Positions 9,074-17,087 of a DNA stretch of 64,000 nt are shown in pieces. The notes beneath the pieces are model-generated. The model was given only the letters and a program-made list of their open reading frames with translations, had not been told where the DNA came from and did not search any database. The position numbers and the translations under genes were made by a program. Within the stretch, counting starts at the first letter, position 1. Each line of letters starts with the position of its first letter. Source of the DNA: Thermoanaerobaculia bacterium (GTDB taxonomy: Bacteria > Acidobacteriota > Thermoanaerobaculia > Multivoradales > UBA5704); assembly GCA_044226625.1 (NCBI GenBank), contig JBGAGQ010000021.1:1-64000 (forward strand). The letters run 5' to 3'.

Positions 9074-10834
9074 TCAGGGGTTGGCGGGGGCGCCCTCGGG
9101 GCCGAGCGAGCTGCCCGGCTCCGGGTCGCCCGGCAGGCGGCGGAGAGGAGCGTCGTTCCACGGAGTCGACCAGAGATCGAGCCGGGCGTCGCCCATGGTG
9201 ATGTTGTTGGGGATCTCGATCGAGGCGACGAGCGAGAAGCGCGGATCGCGGCCGATCGCGGGAAACCAGCTCGGAAAGACGATCACGTAGTCCGGGCGCC
9301 GGCGCTCGATCGCGAGCAGCATCGCCGCCTCGAAGGAGAGGCCCTTCTTCATCTCCTCGGCGGCCTCGACACGGACTTCGGGTGACGCGATCCCGACCAG
9401 GTCGACCACGCGGTTCGGCAGAAAGTATTTGACCGCGCCGATGTCGTTGACCGCGAGCAGCGCGTCGGCCGGCAACCGGGGGGCCAGCCAGCGCGCGATC
9501 CGGACGTCGCTGTCCTCGACGTTCGCGACGTTCTGGGCGAACAGTAATGCCCCGACCCAAGCGCCGGAGAGGGTCGGCCAGGCGAGGAGCGCGAGGAGAA
9601 TCGCGCGGAGCGGGAAGCCCGCCCTTACCGCAGGGCTCGGATCGCCTGAATAGCGGCCGGAGCCTCCGATCCGCGCGCCGAGCGCCGTTGCGGCGCGCTC
9701 GAGGCCGAGGATGCCCAGAACGGTGACGATCGGCAGCAGAGGAAAGTAGTAGCGGCCGAAGTTGCCCGCGAGGAGCCCGCGGCCGGCAGGGCTCAAGGTC
9801 GAGTAGGCGAGCGGCAGGGCGATCACCCACAGCGCGGGCAGCAGACCGACGTCGCGCCGGGTGCCGAGACGCTCGACCAGCGCGAGGGCCCCCGCTCCGG
9901 CGAGCAGCGTCATCCAGGGCGTTGCGCGGAAGAGGATCCCCAGGATCGTCGCCGCGTAACCCAGGTCGGGCAGGAAGCCCCGATAGTCGGCTCCTTTGGC
10001 CGAGAAGGTCGTGGGTAGGAAATGCCCCCCGGCAATCTTGTAGAAGAGCACCGGGCCGGCGAGCGCGCACAGGGCGAGCACCAAGCCGACGACCGCGGGC
10101 CGCCAGGAGGGGAGGCGAAACGCCAGCGAGCCGGCCGGCCTCCCGGCCTCCGCCGCGCCCGCTCCGTCCGGTCCCGCGGGGACCCGCTCGAATCGGACCA
10201 GCAACCGGTCGACCAGCGCGAGCACGACGAGCAACGCCCCTTCCGGGCGGGCGAGAACGCCGAGGCCGAAGACCCCGAGCGACAACGGGGATCGGCCCGG
10301 ATCGCGCCGCTCGCGCAGGTGGAGGATCATTCCGCCGACGCTCAGCAGGATGAACAGCGGCACCTCCATGCCGGAAAGCGCCGACCAGACGAGCCAGGAG
10401 GTCGCGGCGGCGAAGGCGGTCGCGATCGACGCACCGCTCTCCGACAACCCTAGCTCGCGCGCGAGCGCGTGGAGCGCGGCGAGACCGGCCAGGTGAAGCG
10501 CCACGCCGAGCGCCTTGGTCCAGATCACGACGTCGCCGGGAAGGTAGAACAGGAGCGAGAGCAGTGCCGTCCAGAGCGGCGCGGTCGACCCGGTGACCTT
10601 CTCGCCCGGGTTGTAGGAGAGCCCTTCCCCGTGCGCCAGGTTGCGTGCGAACTGGAGGTGGATCCAGCTGTCGTCGAGCGGGAAACCGAGATGGCCGGAG
10701 AGGACCGACGCCTCCGCCCCAAGATAGAGCAGGCAGAAGAGGAGACCGGCGAGAAGCGGCCACCAGGGCGTACGCCGTCGGGTCCGGAGAACGGGCGGCT
10801 TCGATGGCGCGGGGGTGGGCTCGGGAGTCGTCAT
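9074..10834 (-). CDS. GT-C-type polytopic membrane glycosyltransferase
   Basis: DDSWIHLQFARNL..GSTAPLW, SGMEVPL, ARPEG, GRYYFP, DIGAVKY; start uncertain. Confidence 0.8.
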   Translation of the reverse strand: MTTPEPTPAPSKPPVLRTRRRTPWWPLLAGLLFCLLYLGAEASVLSGHLGFPLDDSWIHLQFARNLAHGEGLSYNPGEKVTGSTAPLWTALLSLLFYLPGDVVIWTKALGVALHLAGLAALHALARELGLSESGASIATAFAAATSWLVWSALSGMEVPLFILLSVGGMILHLRERRDPGRSPLSLGVFGLGVLARPEGALLVVLALVDRLLVRFERVPAGPDGAGAAEAGRPAGSLAFRLPSWRPAVVGLVLALCALAGPVLFYKIAGGHFLPTTFSAKGADYRGFLPDLGYAATILGILFRATPWMTLLAGAGALALVERLGTRRDVGLLPALWVIALPLAYSTLSPAGRGLLAGNFGRYYFPLLPIVTVLGILGLERAATALGARIGGSGRYSGDPSPAVRAGFPLRAILLALLAWPTLSGAWVGALLFAQNVANVEDSDVRIARWLAPRLPADALLAVNDIGAVKYFLPNRVVDLVGIASPEVRVEAAEEMKKGLSFEAAMLLAIERRRPDYVIVFPSWFPAIGRDPRFSLVASIEIPNNITMGDARLDLWSTPWNDAPLRRLPGDPEPGSSLGPEGAPANP

Positions 10835-11018
10835 CTCGGGCTTGGGTTCGGGTTGGGGCTCGCGCCGTGGACTGTCGTCGGATTCGCCGCGAACGACCGA
10901 GCCGCGCGGAGGCGCAGCTCGACGGGCGGCGGGCGGCGGGCATTCGCGCGGATTCGGACCAGGACACCGGGCGCGCGAAGCATACACAAGGTGTCGGCGC
11001 CGACTATGATCTGCCGAA

Positions 11019-12455
11019 ATGTTCGACCGCACCTCCCGGTTCAGCCCCTTCGAGCGCAAGCGTAGGACCATCTCCCGGATCGCCCTCTACTCGAGCGCGA
11101 TCGGGGTGGCCGCGATCGCGTTCGGGTTCGTCTCGCTGCTCGAAAGGCCGCTCCGGCGCCTCGCCTCGGAGCGTCTCGACACGCGCGATTACCTCAGCCT
11201 GCCGGAGGTCGTGGCCCTTCGCCGCTACGTCCAGATCGACACCACCGAGGCGACCGGCGACGAGCTCGCGGGGGCGCGATTTCTCGCCGGCGAGCTCGAG
11301 GCGGCCGGCATCCCCGCGCACGTCGAACGGATGGGGCCGCGCAAGGCGAATCTCTGGGCCATCCTGGAGGGAAAGGATCCCCGGGCGATCGTCCTTCATC
11401 ACCATATCGACGTCGAGAACATCCATCCGGACGAGGACTGGTTCGCACCCCCGTTCGAAGCGCGAGTCGAAATGCCATGGCTCTATGGCCGGGGCGCATT
11501 CGACATGAAGAGCGTGGCGATCGCCCAACTGCGGGCGTTGATCGCCCTCAAGAAAAGCGGCAAACCACTGCGCCGGACGGTGATCTTCCTCGGCACCAGC
11601 AGCGAGGAGACCGGCAGCGATCTCGGAGTCCGTTGGCTGCTCGACGAGCGGCCCGAGCTGGTTTCCCGCTTCGGCGTGGTGCTCACGGAGGGAGGCTTCC
11701 TCGAGGCGCGGACCCGCGACGACATCAAGTACTGGGGGATCGAGATCGGCCAAAAGCACTACGTCGACCTCGTCGTTTGCGGGCCCGACCGTGAGCCGCT
11801 CGACCAGATCCACGATTTCCTCGCCGCCGCCCAGGGCGAGGCGGTGGGCCTGCGCCTCCTCCCGGAAGTGCGCGATTACATGAAGCTCTACGCCCCCTCC
11901 AGGGACCACCCCTGGCTGCGCGGCGCGCTTTCCGATCCGGATGCGATCGTCAACGAATCGGCGATCTTCACCAAGCTGCCGCGCTATCTCAAGGCCCTGT
12001 TTCGCGACGAGGCCCTGCCGCGCGAGGTCGAGGTCGACCCGGCTGGCGGGTACCGGTTACGGATCGTCCTCCACCTTCTCCGGGGTACCGCCGTCGACGA
12101 ATCGATCGCACGCCTGATTCCCAAGGGCCTGCTCCACGGCCTCACATGGTCGGTCTCGGATCCGACCGGCTCGAATCCGGCGAGCCCGAGCGATAGCGCC
12201 GATTTCCTCACGTTGCGCTCGACGCTCGCGGAGGGCTTTCCTCAAGCGCGAATCGGGCCCGCGATCCTGCAATGGACGGCAACGGACGCGCGCTTTTTCC
12301 GCGCCCGGGGCATTTCGACCTACGGTTTCTCCCCGTTCCTGATCCTGAGCACCGACACGCTGCAAGTCGACAACGCCAACGAGCGGATGGCCCTGCCGGG
12401 CTTCGTCGACGGCGTCGAGCTTTACGAAAGCGTTCTGAAGCGGCTCGCACTTTGA
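11019..12455 (+). CDS. M20-family metallopeptidase, N-terminally membrane-anchored, divergent
   Basis: HIDV, GRGAFDMK, SSEE, TEGG, TDARFFR; N-terminal TM; distal His position reads D (QVDNANER). Confidence 0.88.
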   Translation: MFDRTSRFSPFERKRRTISRIALYSSAIGVAAIAFGFVSLLERPLRRLASERLDTRDYLSLPEVVALRRYVQIDTTEATGDELAGARFLAGELEAAGIPAHVERMGPRKANLWAILEGKDPRAIVLHHHIDVENIHPDEDWFAPPFEARVEMPWLYGRGAFDMKSVAIAQLRALIALKKSGKPLRRTVIFLGTSSEETGSDLGVRWLLDERPELVSRFGVVLTEGGFLEARTRDDIKYWGIEIGQKHYVDLVVCGPDREPLDQIHDFLAAAQGEAVGLRLLPEVRDYMKLYAPSRDHPWLRGALSDPDAIVNESAIFTKLPRYLKALFRDEALPREVEVDPAGGYRLRIVLHLLRGTAVDESIARLIPKGLLHGLTWSVSDPTGSNPASPSDSADFLTLRSTLAEGFPQARIGPAILQWTATDARFFRARGISTYGFSPFLILSTDTLQVDNANERMALPGFVDGVELYESVLKRLAL

Positions 12456-12468
12456 CACTTTTTGCAAC
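12451..12468 (+). promoter_or_regulatory. Putative enhancer (PilR-type) site upstream of pilin 1
   Basis: TTTGACACTTTTTG also present upstream of pilin 2, ~90 bp before the -24 element in both. Confidence 0.55.
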
Positions 12469-12541
12469 GGAAAGCGGCGAAGATTGTCCGCAATCGGTCG
12501 CCGAAAACCTCCTCTCCGTCGCGCGGCCTGGATTTTCCTCC

Positions 12542-12557
12542 TGGCACGATGCCTGCT
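12542..12557 (+). promoter_or_regulatory. sigma54 -24/-12 promoter, pilin 1
   Basis: TGGCACGATGCCTGCT = GG-N10-GC. Confidence 0.85.
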
Positions 12558-12623
12558 ACTAGGTCGATGCAAGCCCATGGAATTTGCCGTGGGGTCCAAC
12601 CTGGACACAATTGGAGGAATCAC

Positions 12624-13145
12624 ATGTTGAATCGGTTGCGGAACCGGCAGAAGGGCTTCACGCTGATCGAGCTTCTCATCGTCGTCGCCATCATCGGCAT
12701 CATCGCCGCCCTGTTGATCCCGAACTTCCTGGACGCTCTCCAGAAGGCCAAGCAGAAGCGGACCGTGGCCGACATCCGCAACACCGGCACCGCGATGTTC
12801 TCGTGGCTCACCGACCAGGTCGGCGCCGCCGCCGCCGGTCAGAGCACCGTCACGCTGGCCTCCTACACCTCGATCGACCAGACCGCTCTCCAGAGCCTGT
12901 TGGTCCCGGTTTACATGCAGGACGTCCCGAAGGTCGACGGCTGGAAGGGCACCTACGACTACTACCTCAAGACGGGCTCGGCCGTCCTCCAGCAGCAGGT
13001 AATGATGATCCGCTCCAAGGGCCGCGGCGGCCTGGCGGATCAGACCACCAGCTACACGGTCACGTCCTTCGACCCGACCGACTACGCGCAGGACATCGTC
13101 TGGGCCGACGGCTTCTTCGTCCGCTGGCCGCAGAAGACCAACTAG
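12624..13145 (+). CDS. Type IV major pilin / GspG-like pilin, copy 1
   Basis: GGAGGA RBS; class III leader MLNRLRNRQKG|FTLIELLIVVAIIGII; DGW..Y motif; no Cys. Confidence 0.93.
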   Translation: MLNRLRNRQKGFTLIELLIVVAIIGIIAALLIPNFLDALQKAKQKRTVADIRNTGTAMFSWLTDQVGAAAAGQSTVTLASYTSIDQTALQSLLVPVYMQDVPKVDGWKGTYDYYLKTGSAVLQQQVMMIRSKGRGGLADQTTSYTVTSFDPTDYAQDIVWADGFFVRWPQKTN

Positions 13146-13173
13146 TTCCTTCCGTCCGCTGGAGGCTCGGTCT

Positions 13174-13213
13174 AGAGGGTGTCGCCCCCCGGGGGCTGGC
13201 ACCCTCTTCTTTT
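13174..13213 (+). terminator. Intrinsic terminator after pilin 1
   Basis: AGAGGGTGTCGCCCC..GGGGCTGGCACCCTCT followed by TCTTTT. Confidence 0.75.
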
Positions 13214-13284
13214 AATGCTCGCCGGTTGCTTCCCTTATCGCCACGGCTTCGAGATCTCGCTCCTTCGTCCTCAAAATCCCGCGC

Positions 13285-13302
13285 TTTGACACTTTTTGAC
13301 AC
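13285..13302 (+). promoter_or_regulatory. Putative enhancer (PilR-type) site upstream of pilin 2
   Basis: TTTGACACTTTTTGACAC, tandem GACAC. Confidence 0.55.
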
Positions 13303-13376
13303 CGCTTCTGGTCAAAGTTTGTCTTGCTGACAGAGGAACATGCTGATTTTTCAATGAGTTTTTCGCCGCCGCCGCC

Positions 13377-13392
13377 TGGCACGATGCCTGCT
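13377..13392 (+). promoter_or_regulatory. sigma54 promoter, pilin 2
   Basis: TGGCACGATGCCTGCT, identical to the pilin 1 promoter. Confidence 0.85.
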
Positions 13393-13462
13393 GTTCTTTC
13401 AGGAGCAAATCCCATGGAATCGGCCATGGGCGTCGTTGGGTAGACCTAGAGGGAGGAGTCCA

Positions 13463-13984
13463 ATGCTCAATCGTCTCCGCAACCGCCAGAAAGGCTTTAC
13501 GCTGATCGAGCTTCTCATCGTCGTCGCGATCATCGGCATCATCGCCGCGCTGTTGATCCCGAACTTCCTGGATGCCCTCCAAAAGGCCAAGCAGAAGCGG
13601 ACCGTGGCCGACATCCGCAACACCGGCACCGCGATGTTCTCGTGGCTCACCGACCAGGTCGGCGCCGCCGCCGCCGGGCAGAGCACCGTCACGCTCGCTT
13701 CCTATACCTCGATCGGCCAGCCCGCTCTCCAGAGCCTGTTGGTCCCGGTCTACATGCAGGACGTCCCGACGGTCGACGGCTGGAAGGGCACTTACGACTA
13801 CTTCCTCAAGACCGGCTCGGCCGTCCTCCAGCAGCAGGTCATGATGATCCGCTCCAAGGGCCGTGGCGGCGTGGCGGATCAGACCACCAGCTACGACGTG
13901 ACCTCGTTCGATCCGACCGACTATGCGCAGGACATCGTCTGGGCCGACGGCTTCTTCGTCCGCTGGCCGCAGAAGACCAACTAG
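13463..13984 (+). CDS. Type IV major pilin / GspG-like pilin, copy 2
   Basis: GGAGGAG RBS; 173 aa; 6 substitutions versus copy 1. Confidence 0.93.
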   Translation: MLNRLRNRQKGFTLIELLIVVAIIGIIAALLIPNFLDALQKAKQKRTVADIRNTGTAMFSWLTDQVGAAAAGQSTVTLASYTSIGQPALQSLLVPVYMQDVPTVDGWKGTYDYFLKTGSAVLQQQVMMIRSKGRGGVADQTTSYDVTSFDPTDYAQDIVWADGFFVRWPQKTN

Positions 13985-14014
13985 CCAAACCCCTTCTGTT
14001 GGAGGCTCGGTCAA

Positions 14015-14050
14015 GGGGGGCTTCGTCTCGGGCGACGCCCTCCGCTTTTT
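14015..14050 (+). terminator. Probable intrinsic terminator after pilin 2
   Basis: Imperfect GC stem followed by TTTTT. Confidence 0.5.
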
Positions 14051-14144
14051 CGAGCCCTGAAGTTCGACCGCCGCGACCTCGCCGTCGCGGCGGTCGTGTA
14101 TTCGGGCACCGTTTTCTGACCCTCTCCGAGCGACAATCTCCGCC

Positions 14145-15512
14145 ATGAAGAGCCGCCGTTTCGCCCTGCTCCTCCTGTCCGTCCTCGCCTGCTCGCCCAT
14201 GGGCGGCGCCCCCCGCGTCTCCGAAGGGGCGACTTGGCTGCGGGACTATCTGCGGATCGACACCACCAACCCTCCGGGACGCGAGAACCTCGCGGTCGAC
14301 TACTTCGCCCGGATCTTGGCGCACGAGCAGATCGAGACGAGGCGGTACGCAAGCGTGCCCGGCCGCGAGAGCCTTTGGGCCCGCCTTCCGAAGAGCCCGG
14401 ACGCGCCCTCCGCCGGGGGAGCCGTTCTGCTCCTCCATCATCTGGACGTCGTGCCGGCCGGCCCGGGCTGGCAGGTGCCGCCGTTTTCGGGCGAGATTCG
14501 CGACGGGCGCCTCTGGGGCCGGGGAGCGATCGACGACAAGAGCCTCGGCATCGCGTTCCTCCGCGCCATGGTTGAGCTCAAGCGGAGCGGCGTACGCCGG
14601 ACGCGCGACGTGATCTGGCTCGCCGTCGCCGACGAGGAGAGCGGAGGCGGGAAAGGCACAGCTTGGCTGCTCGAGAAGCACCCCAATCTGTTCGCCGACG
14701 TCGCCGCGGTGATCGGTGAAGGAGGGGCCAACCGCGTGTCCCAGGGGCGGGTGCTCTGGTGGGGCGTCGAGGTCGCGCAGAAACGCCCTCTTTGGCTCGA
14801 GGTTTCGGCCGAGGGAAGGGGGGGCCACGGCTCGGGCTTGAACCCTTGGAGCGCGAACCACGACCTGATCCGCGGCCTCGACCGTCTGCTCGAGAGGGCC
14901 CCTCGTTGGCGGGTCTCCCCCCCGGCCCGCGACTACCTCCGCGCTCTCGCGCCGCTGCATCCCGGGTACTGGCAGAGCCGCTTCCTCGCGATCGACCGGA
15001 TCGTCCGCCCGGAGGGGCCGACCGAGATGTTGCTGCCGGGGCTCGCGAACCTGTTCCTCGACACCGCGCAGGTCACCGTGCTTTCGGGCGGCGATCGAAT
15101 CAACGTGATCCCCGCCAAGGCCCGGGCGCAGATCGACGTGCGCCTGCTCCCCGATACCGATGCCGAGGCTTTTCTTCGGGAGGTGAAGGAGGCGCTGGGC
15201 CAGGATCTCGAGGTCCGAGTGCTCGTCTCTTCCCCTCCGGCCGCGGCTTCGCCGATGACGACCCCGATCTACGCCGCGTTCGAAAAGACGCTCGGCCGCC
15301 AGGCACCCGTCGTCCCCGCCTTCATCGCGGGGTTCACCGACTCGCGCTATTTTCGCGAGCGAGGAATACCCGCCTACGGCTTTTCACCGTTCGCCCTGGA
15401 GGGGCCGGACCTCGCCGGAATCCATGCGGCCGACGAGCGAATTCCTCTCGCCGAGCTCGACCGGGGCATCGAGCGAACCGAAGACTTTCTGCGCGCGATC
15501 GCCGGCTTCTGA
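14145..15512 (+). CDS. M20-family metallopeptidase, exported (possible lipoprotein)
   Basis: Signal ..LSVLAC; HLDVVP, GRGAIDDK, ADEE, GEGG, GGHGS, NVIP, TDSRYFR, IHAADER. Confidence 0.92.
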   Translation: MKSRRFALLLLSVLACSPMGGAPRVSEGATWLRDYLRIDTTNPPGRENLAVDYFARILAHEQIETRRYASVPGRESLWARLPKSPDAPSAGGAVLLLHHLDVVPAGPGWQVPPFSGEIRDGRLWGRGAIDDKSLGIAFLRAMVELKRSGVRRTRDVIWLAVADEESGGGKGTAWLLEKHPNLFADVAAVIGEGGANRVSQGRVLWWGVEVAQKRPLWLEVSAEGRGGHGSGLNPWSANHDLIRGLDRLLERAPRWRVSPPARDYLRALAPLHPGYWQSRFLAIDRIVRPEGPTEMLLPGLANLFLDTAQVTVLSGGDRINVIPAKARAQIDVRLLPDTDAEAFLREVKEALGQDLEVRVLVSSPPAAASPMTTPIYAAFEKTLGRQAPVVPAFIAGFTDSRYFRERGIPAYGFSPFALEGPDLAGIHAADERIPLAELDRGIERTEDFLRAIAGF

Positions 15513-15607
15513 CAGTTTCTGCCTGGCCGGTGACGTTAATTGCCAACGCATCTCGACAAAGCCGCCCAAACCTCAGACAGGAAAGCGTGTTCAGCTGCTC
15601 CAGGCCC

Positions 15608-15622
15608 TGGCATGTCACTTGC
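15608..15622 (+). promoter_or_regulatory. sigma54 promoter, pilin 3/pilD
   Basis: TGGCATGTCACTTGC = TGGC-N-TTGC with GG-N10-GC spacing. Confidence 0.85.
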
Positions 15623-15661
15623 GAAGTAGGGTGCCATCAGGGGTTAGAGGAGGGTTTGGGA

Positions 15662-16186
15662 ATGTTCTCTCTGCGTCGAGATCGGTCCAACGGTTTTACT
15701 CTGATCGAACTGCTGATCGTCATTGCGATCATCGGCATCATCGCCGCCATGTTGATCCCGAATCTGCTGGACGCCATGCAGAAGGCGAAGCAGAAGCGAA
15801 CCGTCGCCGAGATCAAGATCGTGGGAACGGGGCTGATGTCCTGGCTCACCGACCAGACGGGCGCGGCCGCGGCCGGATCGACGACCACCACGAGCGCGGT
15901 CATGATGAGCGATTACACGCCCATCACGGCCACCGTGCTGCAGACGGTGCTCGAGCCCAACTACGTGGGCCAGCTGCCGCGGCTCGACGGGTGGAAGCAT
16001 CCGTACGACTACTACCTGAACGTCGCGGATCCGACGAACAAGCACGTGATGGCGATTCGCAGCGGCGGACTGGACGGCGTCGCCACGGGCGAGACGTACA
16101 CCTACGGATCCTTCTTTCCGACCGATTACTCGCAGGACATCGTCTGGACGGACGGCTTCTTCGTCCGTTGGCCCGAAAAGCCGTAA
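15662..16186 (+). CDS. Type IV pilin, divergent paralog 3
   Basis: MFSLRRDRSNG|FTLIELLIVIAIIGII; shares QKAKQKRT and QDIVWxDGFFVRWP with copies 1 and 2. Confidence 0.92.
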   Translation: MFSLRRDRSNGFTLIELLIVIAIIGIIAAMLIPNLLDAMQKAKQKRTVAEIKIVGTGLMSWLTDQTGAAAAGSTTTTSAVMMSDYTPITATVLQTVLEPNYVGQLPRLDGWKHPYDYYLNVADPTNKHVMAIRSGGLDGVATGETYTYGSFFPTDYSQDIVWTDGFFVRWPEKP

Positions 16187-16195
16187 GGCCGCCCT

Positions 16196-16232
16196 CGGCA
16201 GGCCTCTCAAGTCGGGTGAAGAGGCCTGCCGC
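16196..16232 (+). terminator. GC hairpin between pilin 3 and pilD (attenuator or stabiliser)
   Basis: CGGCAGGCCTCT..AGAGGCCTGCCG; no U tract. Confidence 0.45.
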
Positions 16233-16298
16233 CGCAAGCTCTCCGCGAATGCGGAGGCCCGGCCTCCTCGTGCATCGTTGGCGTAAGATCCCCTCGCC

Positions 16299-17072
16299 GT
16301 GCCCCTCCTCCTCCTCTATTGGATCTACGCCGGCCTGATCGGGCTGCTGGTCGGCAGCTACCTGAACGTCGTCATCTATCGCCTGCCCCGCCGGCTCTCC
16401 ACGGTTCTGCCTCGCTCCCGGTGCCCGGCGTGTGGCACACCGATCCGGCCGTACGACAACGTTCCGATCTTGAGCTTCCTCCTCCTACGCGGCCGATGCC
16501 GGACGTGTGGCGTCCGTTTCGGCTGGCGGTACCCTCTGATCGAAGCTCTCACCGGCGCGCTGTTCGTGCTGTCGGCGGTGCGCTTCGGTCCGACGCTCGA
16601 CGCCGTGGTCGCGGCGGTTTTTTGCTCCGCCATGATCGCGCTCGCAGGGATCGATCTCGAGCACTACCTGCTCCCCGATCGAATCACCCTTCCGGGCATC
16701 GCCGTGGGACTGGCCGTCCAACCCTGGCTCCATGGCCCGGGCCTCCTATCGGCCGCGATCGGGGCCACGGCGGGCGCCGCGCTCCTCACTCTGGTATGGG
16801 CGATTTGGTACGCGATCCGCCGTGAGCATGGGCTCGGGTTCGGCGACGTCAAGATGATCGCAATGATCGGGGCGTTCCTCGGTCTTCCGGCGATGGGGGT
16901 GGCGCTCTTCGTCGCCGTCCTGCTGGGAGCGCTGGTCGGTGTCGCCCTTCTTTTGCTGGGTCGATTCGGTTTTCGATCGAAGCTCGCCTTCGGCTTTTTC
17001 CTCGCCTTGGGGGCGGTGATCGGCCTGTTCTTCGGCGACCCGCTCGCCAACGCCTACCTCGGTCTCCTATAA
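16299..17072 (+). CDS. pilD: Prepilin peptidase / N-methyltransferase
   Basis: GSYLNVVIYRLP, two CxxC, IDLEHYLLPD, GFGDVK. Confidence 0.96.
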   Translation: MPLLLLYWIYAGLIGLLVGSYLNVVIYRLPRRLSTVLPRSRCPACGTPIRPYDNVPILSFLLLRGRCRTCGVRFGWRYPLIEALTGALFVLSAVRFGPTLDAVVAAVFCSAMIALAGIDLEHYLLPDRITLPGIAVGLAVQPWLHGPGLLSAAIGATAGAALLTLVWAIWYAIRREHGLGFGDVKMIAMIGAFLGLPAMGVALFVAVLLGALVGVALLLLGRFGFRSKLAFGFFLALGAVIGLFFGDPLANAYLGLL

Positions 17073-17087
17073 GAAGTCCCGACGGCG

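Noticed and set aside
7926-10967. 1013-aa DegT fusion as given in the ORF track
   Set aside because: The upstream part is an Arg/Pro-rich off-frame overlap with the GT-C gene; real start at 9035. Same artefact for 1866-3098, 33428-35002, 41691-44150 and 14759-16186.
12657-13145. Conductive e-pilin (17 of 162 mature residues aromatic)
   Set aside because: Lacks aromatics at positions 27 and 32, no multiheme cytochromes nearby, and the heuristic is weak.
12624-13984. Diversity-generating retroelement TR/VR pair (four of six amino-acid changes are single A-to-N substitutions)
   Set aside because: Many synonymous non-adenine differences, both copies are full genes with promoters, and no reverse transcriptase is in the window.
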